Shown here: positions 40,010-52,307 of the stretch, one piece after another | How positions within the stretch are numbered: position 1 is the first letter of the stretch | Layout of the letters: each line of letters starts with the position of its first letter | Source: Phoronis australis | Taxonomy: Eukaryota > Animalia > Phoronida | Length of the DNA: 64,000 nucleotides | Assembly (NCBI GenBank): GCA_002633005.1 | Contig: NMRA01000040.1 | Span: 865,805 to 929,804, forward strand | Direction of reading: 5' to 3' | Program-made: the position numbers and the translations under genes | The notes under the pieces: generated by a model | The model's input: only the letters and a program-made list of their open reading frames with translations | Told to the model about the DNA's origin: nothing | The model's database searches: none

Positions 40010-40290
40010 AGCAAATGATGAGTCTTCTCATAATGAGCATGATGATGGGGCTGCTGGTGCTGAAGATGCTGCTGAGTCTGACCACCAGTCCATAGTCACC
40101 CAACCTAAGAATAAAGTCTGTACTGATCTGAATCAGGAGGAGGACATGGCGGACTGGCTAGGTGACCATCCAGAGCTTTATAACAAGAAGCGCAATGCGT
40201 ATAAAGATAAGGTGAAGAAGAACTCAGCATGGGCTGAGCCAGCAGCCAGACTTGATAAACCAGTAGCATTCATGCTGATATGGTATCGCG
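40010..40290 (+). pseudogene. Harbinger Myb/SANT (MADF-like) DNA-binding protein remnant
   Basis: EEDMADWLGDHPELYNKKRNAYKDKVKKNSAWAE...WY fits the MADF pattern. Confidence 0.75.
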
Positions 40291-40967
40291 CATCAGACAT
40301 CTATCCATCTCCACCAACATCTATCCAGAGGAATTGGTAATCGGTGTCAACAAGTCCTATCAACACCAATGAATAGAATCCTTTATAGTTGTGGAACAAG
40401 CTTCCACTGCTGGGCAGCTTGCGAATGTCGACGCGTTTCCCATCCAGAGCCCCACTGGCATAGGGTACGTTCCAGGGCTGCTCGAACTTGTCAGCTACAT
40501 GTACTGCTTTCCATTCGTTTCAGGTCGTAGGGTACTGCATCACCTCGTCTTTAAACGCATCAGCAATGGCCTGGCAGACGTCTTTCACCAGCACAGATTG
40601 TGTGTTTGCTTTGATCCGGAAATCAAACATTATGCTTGCGTAATGTGTCTCCAAAGGCTAGGAAGCGAAAACTTGCAGCCAGCTTCGTCCCTGGGTGCAA
40701 GGCCTTTCTGTAGTTGGTGTCCTTCATGATACGTGGTCCAACCATGGCAAGTAGCTCATCAAACATCTCGGGTTTAATGTAGCTGAGGAAATTCTGGAAT
40801 GAGGCTGGATCCTCTCTTCTGAGTTTGACCATGAGCTGGTTGTAGTGGCCAAACTGCTCACGTCTCACATAGCCCAGCCAAGGTCTCACCCAGCATCTTC
40901 TTCGTCTTGCTCGTCTTCTTCTTCGCATCAGGGCCAATGAGATGAATATAGCTACAGTTGACATCAC
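40290..40967 (-). pseudogene. Harbinger (HARBI1-like, DDE_Tnp_4) transposase N-terminal remnant
   Basis: RRRRCWVRPWL..GHYNQLMVKLRREDPASFQNF..KLAASFRFLAFGD, then frameshifted GALDGK..SGSLFHNYKGFYSLVLIGLVDTDYQFLWIDVG, with stops. Confidence 0.9.
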
Positions 40968-41200
40968 GTGGTTTTCGTTGAGCGGATTGGTTCGCCATTT
41001 TGCATTTTTTACATTTTAGGAGAGGTCTACCAACCTAAAATGTAGCAATGTCGTAAAATATAACAATTGTTACATTTTACGAAATTGGTGCATTTTACTT
41101 GTATCACACCCTCAGGCTTCTAGAAGGTAGCTACCTTCACATTTAACTGTTAAGATTGAAAGAACATTCGTTTTGCAATTTTGCTGTTTTAATTTTACAG

Positions 41201-41360
41201 TGCAACATGTTGCAAGAACAGATGGTGCGCTCATCACTTGATGAGCCCATGCAACAACAAGCACAGCCACAGCAGATGCCCAACGCCACCACCAGCAGTG
41301 TGGACCCATTCCTGGGGCAAGATTTCCACACACGACAAGAGAGCGCTGACAGCGGGCTAG
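41201..41360 (+). CDS. YAP1: YAP/Yorkie coding exon 4: HxRxxS site and phosphodegron
   Basis: Acceptor TTTTACAG| in phase 0. VDPFLGQDFHTRQESADSGL resembles human [20 protein letters not shown]. Donor G|GTGAG, phase 1. Confidence 0.95.
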
Positions 41361-41480
41361 GTGAGCACAGCTCCTGTATAGGTAATGTATTACATGGGGA
41401 TAGGCTTGATGGGCCAGGCATTGCCTATGGAATCATAGGCATCGCTATAGGAAGTCATTTAGCTTGAACAAAAACGGCAC

Positions 41481-44012
41481 CATAGACATCACATAGATCG
41501 GGCGCGTGCCACTCACATACATGCAGCTCGCGTTGTCAATATCGCGCTCTATTGGAGAGTGTTACACAGGACAAAAATGGTGGAAAACATTGGGAGCCCT
41601 ATGGCATCAGTCAGAAAATCGGCGGGCTCGCAGTCTTATGCTTGCAGCCAAAGAGTTAAGTTTTTTGGTCCTGCCTTTGAATCATGGGTTTTTGGTTCGG
41701 CCATGGAGTTTAGAGACCCTGTGCTGCCACTAGGCTTTTATATTCTGCCACCATAGTTTAAGCGGAGCGATTATGCGTTGTTTCCACATCAGTCTTGGTG
41801 ATTGAGACCATAGAAGATTAATTAAAGATGATTATTGACCAGCATATGCTGTTATCCAATGGCAATGTTGTTTGTTAATTGTACTTAAGTAAATATTTGG
41901 TATTGATGACAATCATGTATTTTTACCTGTTCTGAAAAATAACATCCCCAAACATACTCGCCAGCCATCGAAATCAGTACATCTAAGTGAATAGTGCATT
42001 CTCTGTTGAAGTATACACTACAGCTTTAAAAACTCATTTCCTAATGAGTATTCCAAAATCAGATTTCTTTTTTTGTATTAAAAAAAGATCATATCCCCGC
42101 AAAATCTGTACTTATGCTAAAGCTGATATTGGAAATTTTGTGGATTTGCACTGCTTGCTCAAAACTTGCACAAAAAAAGTAAAGTACATTGTAACCAAAA
42201 TATCAAACCTGTACGACTGAATTGCGCATCCGACCTATACCCAAAATACAGAATTTTCCACTCGAAACAGAGTGGAAATATACTCAACCGAACCGGTGTA
42301 GCATTAAATAATGACCCCGTGAGAAATGACCCGGCTAGTTTTTCCACAGGGTCTAAATTTAATGTGAATAATTTTTAGCCCATGAAAAAATGACCTCACG
42401 TCCGTGAAAACCCGTCCTGTCATTATTCAACAGTTCCAGGGGCGTACCCAGAATTTTGTTTTGGGGGGTGGGGCAAGGCAGAGGATCACATGCACGCACC
42501 CAGCCTAAAATATGCGAGCTGAGATTTTTGTCAGCTCGTATCAAGTCGCAAAATGCGTCCTGGAATTTCCAACAAATGCAAGGTGAGCGTTTACACTTCT
42601 CGGCAGATATCTGGCAAATATAAAGCAACTCTTTTGTTAATTGTCCGTTATTTGGTTGTTGCCAAATCCAAGTTCAAAAGAACACTAACCGAGAACAGCC
42701 CTCCCGATGATTTGTAAGCTAGTCGCGTGAACATTGGATATGCAGAATCGATCTTTGACACGCTTCATTAGCTAACATTTTCGGCCCCTGTTGCAAATTT
42801 CCGGATTCGCCAAATAAAGTTTTGGGCCACTGCATAACAAGCTGGCCAGACCTAACAAAATCCCGGATACTTTTTCAACGGACCTTTTCTCCCTTTTCAC
42901 ATCGCAAACTTAGCTACTCGTACGCACGTGTCAGTTAGAGAGCACTGATTCAACTTTCACGTCGGCAACTTACCTTGCGCTCTAAAGCCTTTCAATGGCG
43001 GTCGTGAAGAACAGTAACCTGCATGAACAAAGTCAATTTTGCGATCTGAAATTTGTGAGTATTTAACGCTTCAGGTAACAGCATAATCTAAACAATTTCT
43101 CGATGATCTAAAAAATCAATTTTGGCGTGTAAAAATGTCAGCAAAATTTTGCGACCTGGCACTTATGAATGCGAGCTGGATTTTGAAAATGCGATGTGGG
43201 ATTTTGGCTAGGTCGCATTTTGCGACCTGGCGATTTTAATAGCGTCGAGCCCTGCATTTCTGAATTCCCTCATCAAATAGTGGTCATGCTTAAAATTTTT
43301 GAATCGCCAAAATCGCCCAACTATACAGTCAAAGTTGAAGACTATCACACGCTCACAACCGCTGTACGTCTGGTAAAGTCACGGATTGGGAGAACGCCCT
43401 AATGAACTTTAAAAACCTGTCATTTATCTATATGACTCCAATGAGGTCATTTTTCACAGTAGTTCACATTAAATTTAGACGCCCCATTAAATGTGACCTC
43501 GGTAGTTACTCGGGGTCATTTTCAATAATGAAAACTCAGGCTTATTGGGGCACAACAGAAGTACGTCCCAAGTGAGCAGCACGTCTCCTAGACATAGTGT
43601 ATTTGCATCAAGCGACACGAATTAAATGATAAATTAGTGCGATTTTACTGGTTTCTTTTCAAAAACGAAAAAATAAAACGCTTACAGTGGATAACAAGCG
43701 CAGCCGCTCAGACAATTCGAGAATCTGCCACTGGTTGCGATTTTCTATTAATTTGATATTTTCCCTATCGACTGATTGACCCTTAAAAAAATGCATGTAA
43801 GTGCGACATCTCATGTTTTTTATGTTTCTGGAAAAAATCACACTCTTCCGTCTCTTTGTTTGTTAGATATCGCGCTTTGGAAAGAGCAATTTACCCCATT
43901 TGTTTAGACGGCAATTAGCTGTGTCACGTGACTTGTAACACTTTCTAATATGGCGTCGAGTTGTCAGCTGCAGTAGCGCATGCCCCGGGTCTATAGTATT
44001 AAGATGTCTATG
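41481..44012 (+). mobile_element. CATAGACATC-TIR composite DNA transposon with nested MITE fragments
   Basis: CATAGACATC ... GATGTCTATG termini. Similarity to the 21151 copy stops at 42436, where CAGGGGCGTACCCAG begins; another MITE end GTCGAGCCCTG lies at ~43254. No clean TSD, so the two ends may belong to different copies. Confidence 0.6.
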
Positions 44013-45101
44013 TGGGTCACCATCTCGCACCATCCAGGATATTACTTACATCTCAGGATGCGGTATTCTGATTAAAGGACAAAACCTTGCGTTTTGTCTA
44101 AGGAATTAATTGTGGCTTTTCCATTACAAAGACCTGTGTTCAGTGTTTGGCTGCTAGGTCGAGAATTTCAACTTGAATTTTGCAATTTTGAGTTGGAATA
44201 TTGCATAAATAGAATGTAATTTGACCTAAAATCTAACTTGGATAATGCCTCCAGCTTACCATACTGACATGGTGCAACCTTCATGATGTGATTGCTTGAG
44301 CATGCAAAACTGAATTAAATGTGATTTTCATGCAGCATTGTACCAGTCCAAGGTTGTTGTTGTGCTGCAGTTCAAATACCAAACACCCTTCTGAATTTGG
44401 TTGAATGTCAGTATTTGGTATTGATATGGTACAAGTGTCGGTATTGAATTGGCAGTATTGATACCATTCAAGTTGCACCCCAACATCATTTGGTTTTCTA
44501 TTTCCTGCTTCTTAATTTGGCCAAAAACTGCTAATTTTACATCTGCATATTGCAAGCAAGAAAACAAGGGCTTTTGTAACTCTGGATGAGTGGTTTACAG
44601 TGCGACAGCCAAGTCCTGTACCTATTCGAAAGTCTTGTTTTCCATCCTATGGCGTGGCTCTGTAACTTTCTGAACTGTGGGTTGAAATTGTAACTTTTTT
44701 GTGTTCCTTTGAGCAATTCTTGACAAAATGCATATGCAGTAGGGCATCTGCCATTCTGCAGTCAAACCATTCTTTGTCTATGAATTCTTCAATAACTGTT
44801 CTGTGACCAATTCATTGATCTTTCTTAATCCATACTTATGTTGTGAGAGAACAATCCCATGCATATATCTGGTGCAGCAGAACCCAGTTTTGAGGCAAGT
44901 ATACCAAAAATCTTTTCCTTAAGCTTGCCAAAGTTGCTTGTGTCACCTGGAAAAGCATAGAATGTTGAACGCAAATATTGCTTTTCTGTTTTCCCCATGC
45001 AAACAAGATGTAAATTTAAATTTGCACCCTGGTTTACATTTAGGTACAGATGGATTTGACTTTTTGTGCTCCCTATACCCATGCGCAAACTGCTTGAAGA
45101 A

Positions 45102-45235
45102 TTGTTATGACTTGGCAGAGATAGCATGGTCTACATTAATGGTTGATCAGATCTCCTGTGCTCTTTTTGTTATGACTTGGCAGAGATAGCATGGTCTACA
45201 TTAATGGTTGATCAGATCTCCTGTGCTCTTTTTGT
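45102..45235. repeat. 65-bp tandem duplication
   Basis: TGTTATGACTTGGCAGAGATAGC...CTCCTGTGCTCTTTT twice. Confidence 0.9.
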
Positions 45236-47377
45236 TTTCTTTGCATCTGCCACAATATCTACGATGTTCTTTCATGGATCTTCACGAAAATTTGCAGATG
45301 CAATCCCCTTGAAGATAGCACAGCTGTCATTGTTTTGCTGTTCCGAATATTATGGTGCCCAGTTGTGGCAATTTCATTTTCTATATTTGTCTCAATATCT
45401 ACCAAATTTTTTTATGAATCTACTGTTGAGGACAGCAGGTTTGTTGCTGCTGTTTGAAGAGATCGGTCTACCGCACTGCGGTGCTTCCTTGTGGTAATTT
45501 GTGTTTTGTGAAAATTGTCATTCAGCGTATGTGTTCTCATTGAGGAAGCGCAACTTGTGTTGACTTTTGGATGGTTCTGATTATTGTGTCTCCCATAGTG
45601 GCAAATCATCATTGCCTGTGTCTTAGTATTTGTGGAGTGCTTCAGTTGATCTGCATGAAATTTGTCGTTCTGTATTCCTAGTGAGGAGTGCATAACTGTC
45701 GTTGATTTTCAGATGGGATGGACTACGGTGGAAATATTGAGAAAATGAGCACCTATATCTACTGTTTGTGATGCACACGGCAGGCATGCATCATCAAATA
45801 TTTGAAACCTCGTTGCTTGTTTTGAGCCAAATTTAGGCAGAGGACCTGGTGATAAATCCTGTACAGAGAGAGAAACTACTTTTTTCAACCAGGATTTCTT
45901 CGTGTCCACCTGAAATTTCAAGTTTCCTCCTCAGACTTTTGACCAGGAAATTTCCCTTGTGTTCAAGGCTGATGGTCAATTGCATATTTTTGTTATTATT
46001 GTGTTGAACACCTTAGATGTAATTTTCAATCTTAGTTTTGGATATATTCTTGGTTACAAGGAAAAATAGAAGTCCTGCTTTTAGTTGCCTCTAACCCTCT
46101 AACAAGTGATCCCTCGATTTGTGTCCTAATCATCTCTGTTCTTTTTGGTAGAGTTTAATAAAAGGTGATTCCCCAGTATTGTTTAAAAAAGAGGGGACCA
46201 ATGTTGAGATAGCTGTGGCAACTGATGATCAAAAACATGATTTGTAGAGTGCTGAAGTTATGCTGTTCATCCAATCCGTTTTGTGGACGTTTGTCTTGTA
46301 TGAAGTGCAAGCCTGAGGTTCTCAGCTTTATTTCTTGGGAAGTTATCACTTGAGCTTACAGGCCAGTTGTATTGCTGCATTTAATTTTATCATTCTTTGA
46401 TTCTGCTATTGGAGCACTGTGAAAAATGTTAATTGATATTTGTACGTTATATTTAAATTTACTGGCACTGCTTTATGTTTTATTTTGTTCTCTGTTGTAC
46501 TTTACTAATTTATCCTAGATTCCAATGGCGATTGTACTTCAAATTTCCAAATGCATCCTTTGCAAAACATGTTCAGCAACTAATTGAAAGAAATTAACTT
46601 CAGCTTGGTATGGGTTTAGAACCGTGTTTGGCCACTCGCATTCTGTCATTTTCTAATGAACTTGTTAGTGTGTCATTGCCGCATCTGAGACGAGCAATAA
46701 ATTGTGATTTTTAACCAGTTTTGTTAAAATCAAAGTGCATGTTCTATGTTTACAAAAGTTTTAATTGAAAAATAATGATGTAGGTCTTGAGACAACAGCA
46801 GTCTGTATATTGGTTTTCAAATGAGTCATTGGTCACTTTGAGTGGTACCTGATAGTTATGAGCTAAACAACAATAATTGATAAAGCCTCAAAGAATGGTC
46901 AACATTCTCCAGTTTCGGAGAGTCTCTACAGTTCGGGACACCGAAATTCAAGCCCAAACTGGGTTATTTTGTCTAAATGGTGTTTTTCAGTAGATATTAA
47001 GTGAGTACAAAGAATGAATACTGGAGTTAGGTGTTGATATTAATGTGTTGATTACTGCATTTCATTTAAGGCACCAGTGCATAGTACTTGCTACCAGTAA
47101 TGCCACTCCCAAGTAGCTTATTTTACCATTCGACTCCCCAGATTTTCTTGTTTGGTTGTTATATCAGCTATCATTCAGTAGGCTGAAGACTAAGCTTTCA
47201 TCATGTGTCGAAACAAGACAAAACATGAGAGAGACTCACTCTTGAGAATTAAATCCAATGTTCTTAAACTTTTGTTGACTCATAACATAACATTGGGATC
47301 GTTCTGAGGTCACACCTCTCATCACCTCAATTCAGCTCATCCATGTTCGATAAGAATCAGTTCTTTCAGATACTTTG

Positions 47378-47442
47378 CATACACACACGCGAACACACGC
47401 ACGCGCGCACACGCGCGCGCGCACACACACACACACACACAC
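47378..47442. repeat. (CA)n/(CG)n alternating purine-pyrimidine microsatellite
   Basis: CACACGCACGCGCGCACACGCGCGCGCACACACACAC. Confidence 0.9.
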
Positions 47443-47640
47443 TTTGTACTTAGCCAGAGAGAAACACTGGCTTGTTAATTGTATAGCAACTAATACATCA
47501 CATTTATACAACCTACACTATTTTCTACCTGGTACAGCATTGTGTAGATGGACAGTGGTGCATATTGCGGCCATCTCTGCCGGAGCGTTCAATTTTCGGG
47601 CATCCAGCATCCATCGAGCAGCTTTATCATCTTCACATGT

Positions 47641-50600
47641 TTTTATTATGCATCCACATATTTATATGTGGACGCATAATGCCGTCATCTCTGTCCGTCC
47701 GTCCGGGCGGCGTCCGGGCGGCGTCCGTCCAGCGTCCGTTGCTCTATCTCCAAAACCATTTGACATACGTTTATGAAATTTAACACAATTGTTCCATTCA
47801 TGAATGGGACGACATGAACGAACTTTCGGACGAATCAGACTACTGGTGTGCCCCCCAGTGGCAATTTTAATTTTTTACGCTTACCTTCGTATCTATCTTC
47901 AAAAGTCCTGACCAGATTTTCATGAAATTTGTTATGCAGGCACCTATTAGTGAGATGACGCTATCCTCCTGTCTTCGGATGGATTTGACGTAGTTTGGGC
48001 CACATAGTGGCCATTTTTACTGTTTTCGAGTCTGTTTTTTGCGTCCACCCCTCTATCAACCAAACTGCTCAAAGGATGATTGTGAAAAATGGCATGTATA
48101 TGCTTACTATAAAGAGGACGGTTGACGATGATTTTTCGACCATTTTGATTACTGTGGCGCCTCCTAGTGGCAGTTTTTTTGTGCCTATGGCTGTATCTCC
48201 TAAACCGTTCGTAGGATCTTTAGTTAATTTAGCAAGTGTATTTATATGATGTTGACTACGAATAACGACGACTTTCAGACAGATCTGACTACTGCTGTGC
48301 CCCTAGTGGCAATTTTAGTTTTTTTACGTTTACCTCTGTATCTTCAAAGGTCCTCAACGAATTTTCATAAAATTTGGAATATAAGCATCTTTTCGTGAGA
48401 TGACACTATCCTTCGATTTTCGGATGGAATTGAGATATTTTGCACCACCTAGTGGCCACTTTTGCTGTTTTCGAGTGTGTTTTTTGGTGTTCACCCCTCT
48501 ATCAACCAAACCATTGTAAGGTTGATTTTGAAAATTGGCATGTATGTTCTCAATGTGAAGAGGACAATTGATGATGACTACTGTGGCACCTAGTTGTAGT
48601 TTTGTTTTGCGCCCATCGCTGTATCTTCTAAACCCACTGCAGGATCTATATTAAATTTAGTAAGTGTTTTTATATGAAGCTAACTACAGACTCCGACGAC
48701 TTTCAGGTGGATCCAATGAAATTTGTGCCTTCTAGTGGCAGGTTCATTTTTTCCGTTTTCATTTGTTTCGGTGAGACAGATTTTCATCATATTTAGTACC
48801 GTATTCGCCATAATAACCGCCCATGCCCCTATAAGCACCCACCCCCGCGTTTTCAGACTGCTGAAATAAGCACCCAGTCCATAAATGTGTACGTGCGAAA
48901 AATGCCTTACCTACAGTCTTAAAATTCTACAGTAACATCTTCAATTTATCAATAATATCCAACAGTCGTGAAAAAATCATTGTGAACCACAAACCTCGCC
49001 GTTATGTCAGTATTTAGCCGTGACTATACACTTCAAACTTCCGCCATGCCTCAAAACGAACACAAAAGTTCTGCTGATCTTGCCAGGACCAATGGTGTAG
49101 CCTTTCAGAACAGAAATAGTGTACTTGTCTACAGGATTGCTTTGCAGATATTACCCGCTTTCAACAGGAATCCAAATTTCTTTGTACACGTGAAAACCGT
49201 GAATCGAAGACTAATAAAAAGCTTGGCCAGTGTTAAAAGCATGTGACCAGGAAGTGCACGCTACGTACATGAACCTGTCATCAAAGACATTAGTCGGGAA
49301 CTATCCATTCATGAAACTGGTAGCATGGCATCGGCAAGAAATGAATATTGGCACTAATTTCCGTCAGTTTCTAATACTATAAAAATGTTTGCATTATTTT
49401 TAAGATGAATTGTTTGATTTACCATAATTGGTGTTTTTAAGCCAAATATCCAATAAAATGACCACTGACAGTGAATGCTTACACACCCTTACAGTCACCA
49501 AAATGTAATTGTCAGATATCACGTACGCATCCAGCCACACGGCGACTAATATGGGCCTTACCGAGACTAATGTCGAACGTTGTTAGCACATGAGACCAGC
49601 AAGTGCTGAATGAAACACGCTCTGGTTTAGGCCAACTGCTTTTGCAAATTTCTTTAGATATAATGAACATCTAGCACATTAGATTGCGTGGCTCTGGCCA
49701 AAAGACGGTCTCTGCTCTGGCAAATGAACTCTGGTGACACGCATGGGCTCGCTTGCTCACAAACGCAGACGAACTTCAAAACAAACGTCACGTGACAACA
49801 ACGTGTGTTCATCCAGACATTTTTCTCATGTTGCCGATCATACATGTAGATGTCACGATGTAGCACAGATTTGTACTTAAACCTGCCATAATCCCGACTC
49901 CACGGGAACTTAAAAAGTCTTAGGGACGCTACTTGGAAAACTTAAGGAGGATTTCAGGTAATTTGCTTGAGTCGAAACTGTATTTTTATTCAAGCAAGTT
50001 ACCATGTCGACGATTGCAAGGCAGTCAGTCGTCGAGTTTTCACCCTGGGATTTCAGCACAATTTTCTGTAAAATGATCGTAATTTAGCAGCAGAGTTTGA
50101 TAGCAATGCACTACAGTTTTGTAGAAAGTCTTTCATAGATTATAGATTTGTCACAGAGCGTAAATATGATGAATCTTAGCTTCCGATTTCACCCATTTCG
50201 GAGACTGGGTTTCAACGGCCTCAGGTTATAATAAGCGCCCCCCCTCGAAATGAACTTTTCTAAGCGCCCTGGGCGGTTATTACGGCGAATACGGTAACTA
50301 GTTTTTTTATTAAAGAAGCAATGGCATGTAGTCGTTTTAGGATGAATTCGATGTTTTTGCACAATCTAGTGGCCATTTTTTCATACAAATATTAACAATC
50401 TTAGAAGCACACCGTCTGCGGTGCATTCATGGGTGCATTTCAACGTGTGTCGCGCTGCTCTTGTTGAATAGCTCAGTGGTATTGTGCAGCCCTAGTGACA
50501 ATTTTAGTGTTTTGATGCCTGTTTATGGTATCCACCTCTTTATCTTCCCAACAGTTGAAAGGGTATATATGTTCCTATAGATGAGAGCAAGGCTGGCATG

Positions 50601-50830
50601 TTTTTTGGATGGATCTGAATGCTACTATGCCCCTTAGTGGCAGCTTTAGTTTTTGTACCTGTTTCAATATCTACTAAAATTCTTGGAATTTGGTCACTCT
50701 GTATTATGCTTGCGTTGAGTTATGGATGGATCCAAGTACTACAGATTGTACTTCATTCAAGATAGGGTAGCACTTGGGGTCCATTATTGGATGAATCCAA
50801 CCACTGCAGTGCCCTCTGGTGGCTATTTTG
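47641..50830 (+). mobile_element. HINE/DINE-1-like element with ~440-bp internal tandem repeats (same family as 870-2835, opposite orientation)
   Basis: T-rich start, hairpin ATTATGCATCCACATA-TTTA-TATGTGGACGCATAAT (47645-47680), (GTCC)n microsatellite, then repeats containing CCTAGTGGC. Interrupted by 48799-50294. Right boundary approximate. Confidence 0.72.
48799..50294 (-). mobile_element. Full-length 1.5-kb CCGTA-TIR pogo/mariner-like non-autonomous element carrying a HIRAN-like remnant
   Basis: TA|CCGTATTCGCCATAATAACCGCCC ... GGGCGGTTATTACGGCGAATACGG|TA. The flanks rejoin into a HINE unit. Minus strand ~49208-49010 reads SIHGFHVYKEIWIPVESG*YLQSNPVDKYTISVLKGYTIG..VLRHGGSLKCIVT. Confidence 0.88.
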
Positions 50831-51114
50831 TTTCTCTTTGCGGCAATCTCAATCCATGATTGTTTTCGCCAAATTTTGGATGAGTAGCACTGCATCCTCT
50901 AGACTCAATTTAAGTCAACTTAAGTTTTGCTCAGTCTAGTGCATGGAAAAGTCTCAAAAAATGAGCTCCGTTTGTATCTGTGCCATTTACCATGCACCTT
51001 GTGTCTTTGGCTGTGTATGTGAAGTTTGTTGAAAAGTGCATACGATTTTCTTTACATGGATATTGAAACCAACAAAAGATTTTTGATTAACGGCTCAGTC
51101 TTTATTTAAGCTTA

Positions 51115-52307
51115 TCATATTCGCCCTAATAACCCCCTGGGCACTTGGAAGAATTTGTCGCAAGGGTGCGCTTATTGTAACCTGGTCCCCGAAACGGGTG
51201 AAATCGAAACCTAGGATTCATCAAAGTTAGATGCTGTGACATATTTGTAACCCACGACAGAATTTCTGTTGGCCATTTTAGTTTTTGATAAGACAGGTTG
51301 ATTATCTCAAAAACTGTGTCCGTCTTTCATTATCATTTTTTGTCCGCTTGGCCGATCATGGTCAAATTTGGTATAGAGGTAATCGGCGTGGATGCACCAG
51401 CACTGCTAGTTACTTTTAAACCGCTTGACAGATCTTAATGACATTTGCCATAGAGATAAATGGCTGGTATACACTGGCACCAGTCAATTTTTGGACAGAT
51501 TTGGCTACTGTAGCACCCCCTGTGGGGCATTTTACTCGGTAGTTTTTGACAAGCCTGAGGTAGATTATCTCAAAAAGTGTTAGGCACAACTGGATGAAAT
51601 TTGGCACAAAAATATATAGCAGTGATGGATGTCGTTTTCATTTTGATTCAACCACCCTCTTCGCTAGTTTAGTTTTTGACCATATTGGACAAGACTAGTT
51701 CTTGTCTTTCGATCATCTAAGTTCTTAACAGGTCATCCTGGAGGCAATATGTTTGCAAGTGTTGGATTTTATATCTTAACCTAAAAATTATGGGTCGTTT
51801 GTTAGAGAAATAAATGATAAATTACACCATTTTTTTATTCGTGAGACAATCGTCAGCTGAATGGCACGCTTTGAATTCTAGTCTTCAATTTGCAGTTTTA
51901 ACATGTATAAAGGAATTTGTAATCCTGTTGGAAACTCACTACGTGAAAGATTCAATCTTGTTGGCAAATACGCTGTGTCTGTTTTGAAAGGCCAGACCAT
52001 AGTGGGACACATTCCATGCGAGATAACAAAACTGTTGCATTCTTTTTGAAGCACGGCGGAAGTTTGAAGCATATAGTCACAGTCAAATAGTGGCAAGGGT
52101 GGTGGTCTAGAACTTCCATGCACAGTGATTTTTTCAGGACTGCCAGATCTTGTCGATGAATTGAAGATGTTACTGTAGAATTCTAGCTTTGTAGGTTAGG
52201 CATTTTTTCGCATGTACACGTTCATGGGCTGGGCGATTGTTTCAGTGAAATATGAAAACGCATGGGGGTGCTTTTAGGGGTATGAGCACTTATTAGGGCG
52301 AATACCG
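51115..52307 (+). mobile_element. Older CCGTA-family copy with HIRAN-like remnant and an unrelated internal insertion (~51265-51700)
   Basis: Degenerate TIRs TCATATTCGCCCTAATAA / TTATTAGGGCGAATACCG flanked by TA. NLVGKYAVSVLKGQTIVGHIP..FFLKHGGSLKHIVT at ~51955-52085. Confidence 0.75.

Larger units (their letters stand above)
39548..40970. mobile_element. Internally deleted PIF/Harbinger transposon
   Basis: TAA|AGCCCATGTCACAC terminus. Convergent Myb/SANT(MADF)-like and transposase remnants are joined near 40290. Right TIR not found. Confidence 0.85.

Noticed and set aside
45412-45921. Possible DIRS/Ngaro RT-RNase H remnant (LPKFGSKQA; GIQN..ADQL)
   Set aside because: Only vague motif similarity and no catalytic YxDD seen; cannot be supported without an HMM search.
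47183-47220. Second hammerhead-like motif CTGAAGA...GTCGAAAC
   Set aside because: Stem II overlaps the core, and stems I/III and the cleavage triplet are missing; at best a very decayed relic.
47375-47776. 133-aa ORF starting MHTHTRTHARAH
   Set aside because: Translation of a CA/CG microsatellite and the HINE (GTCC)n terminus.
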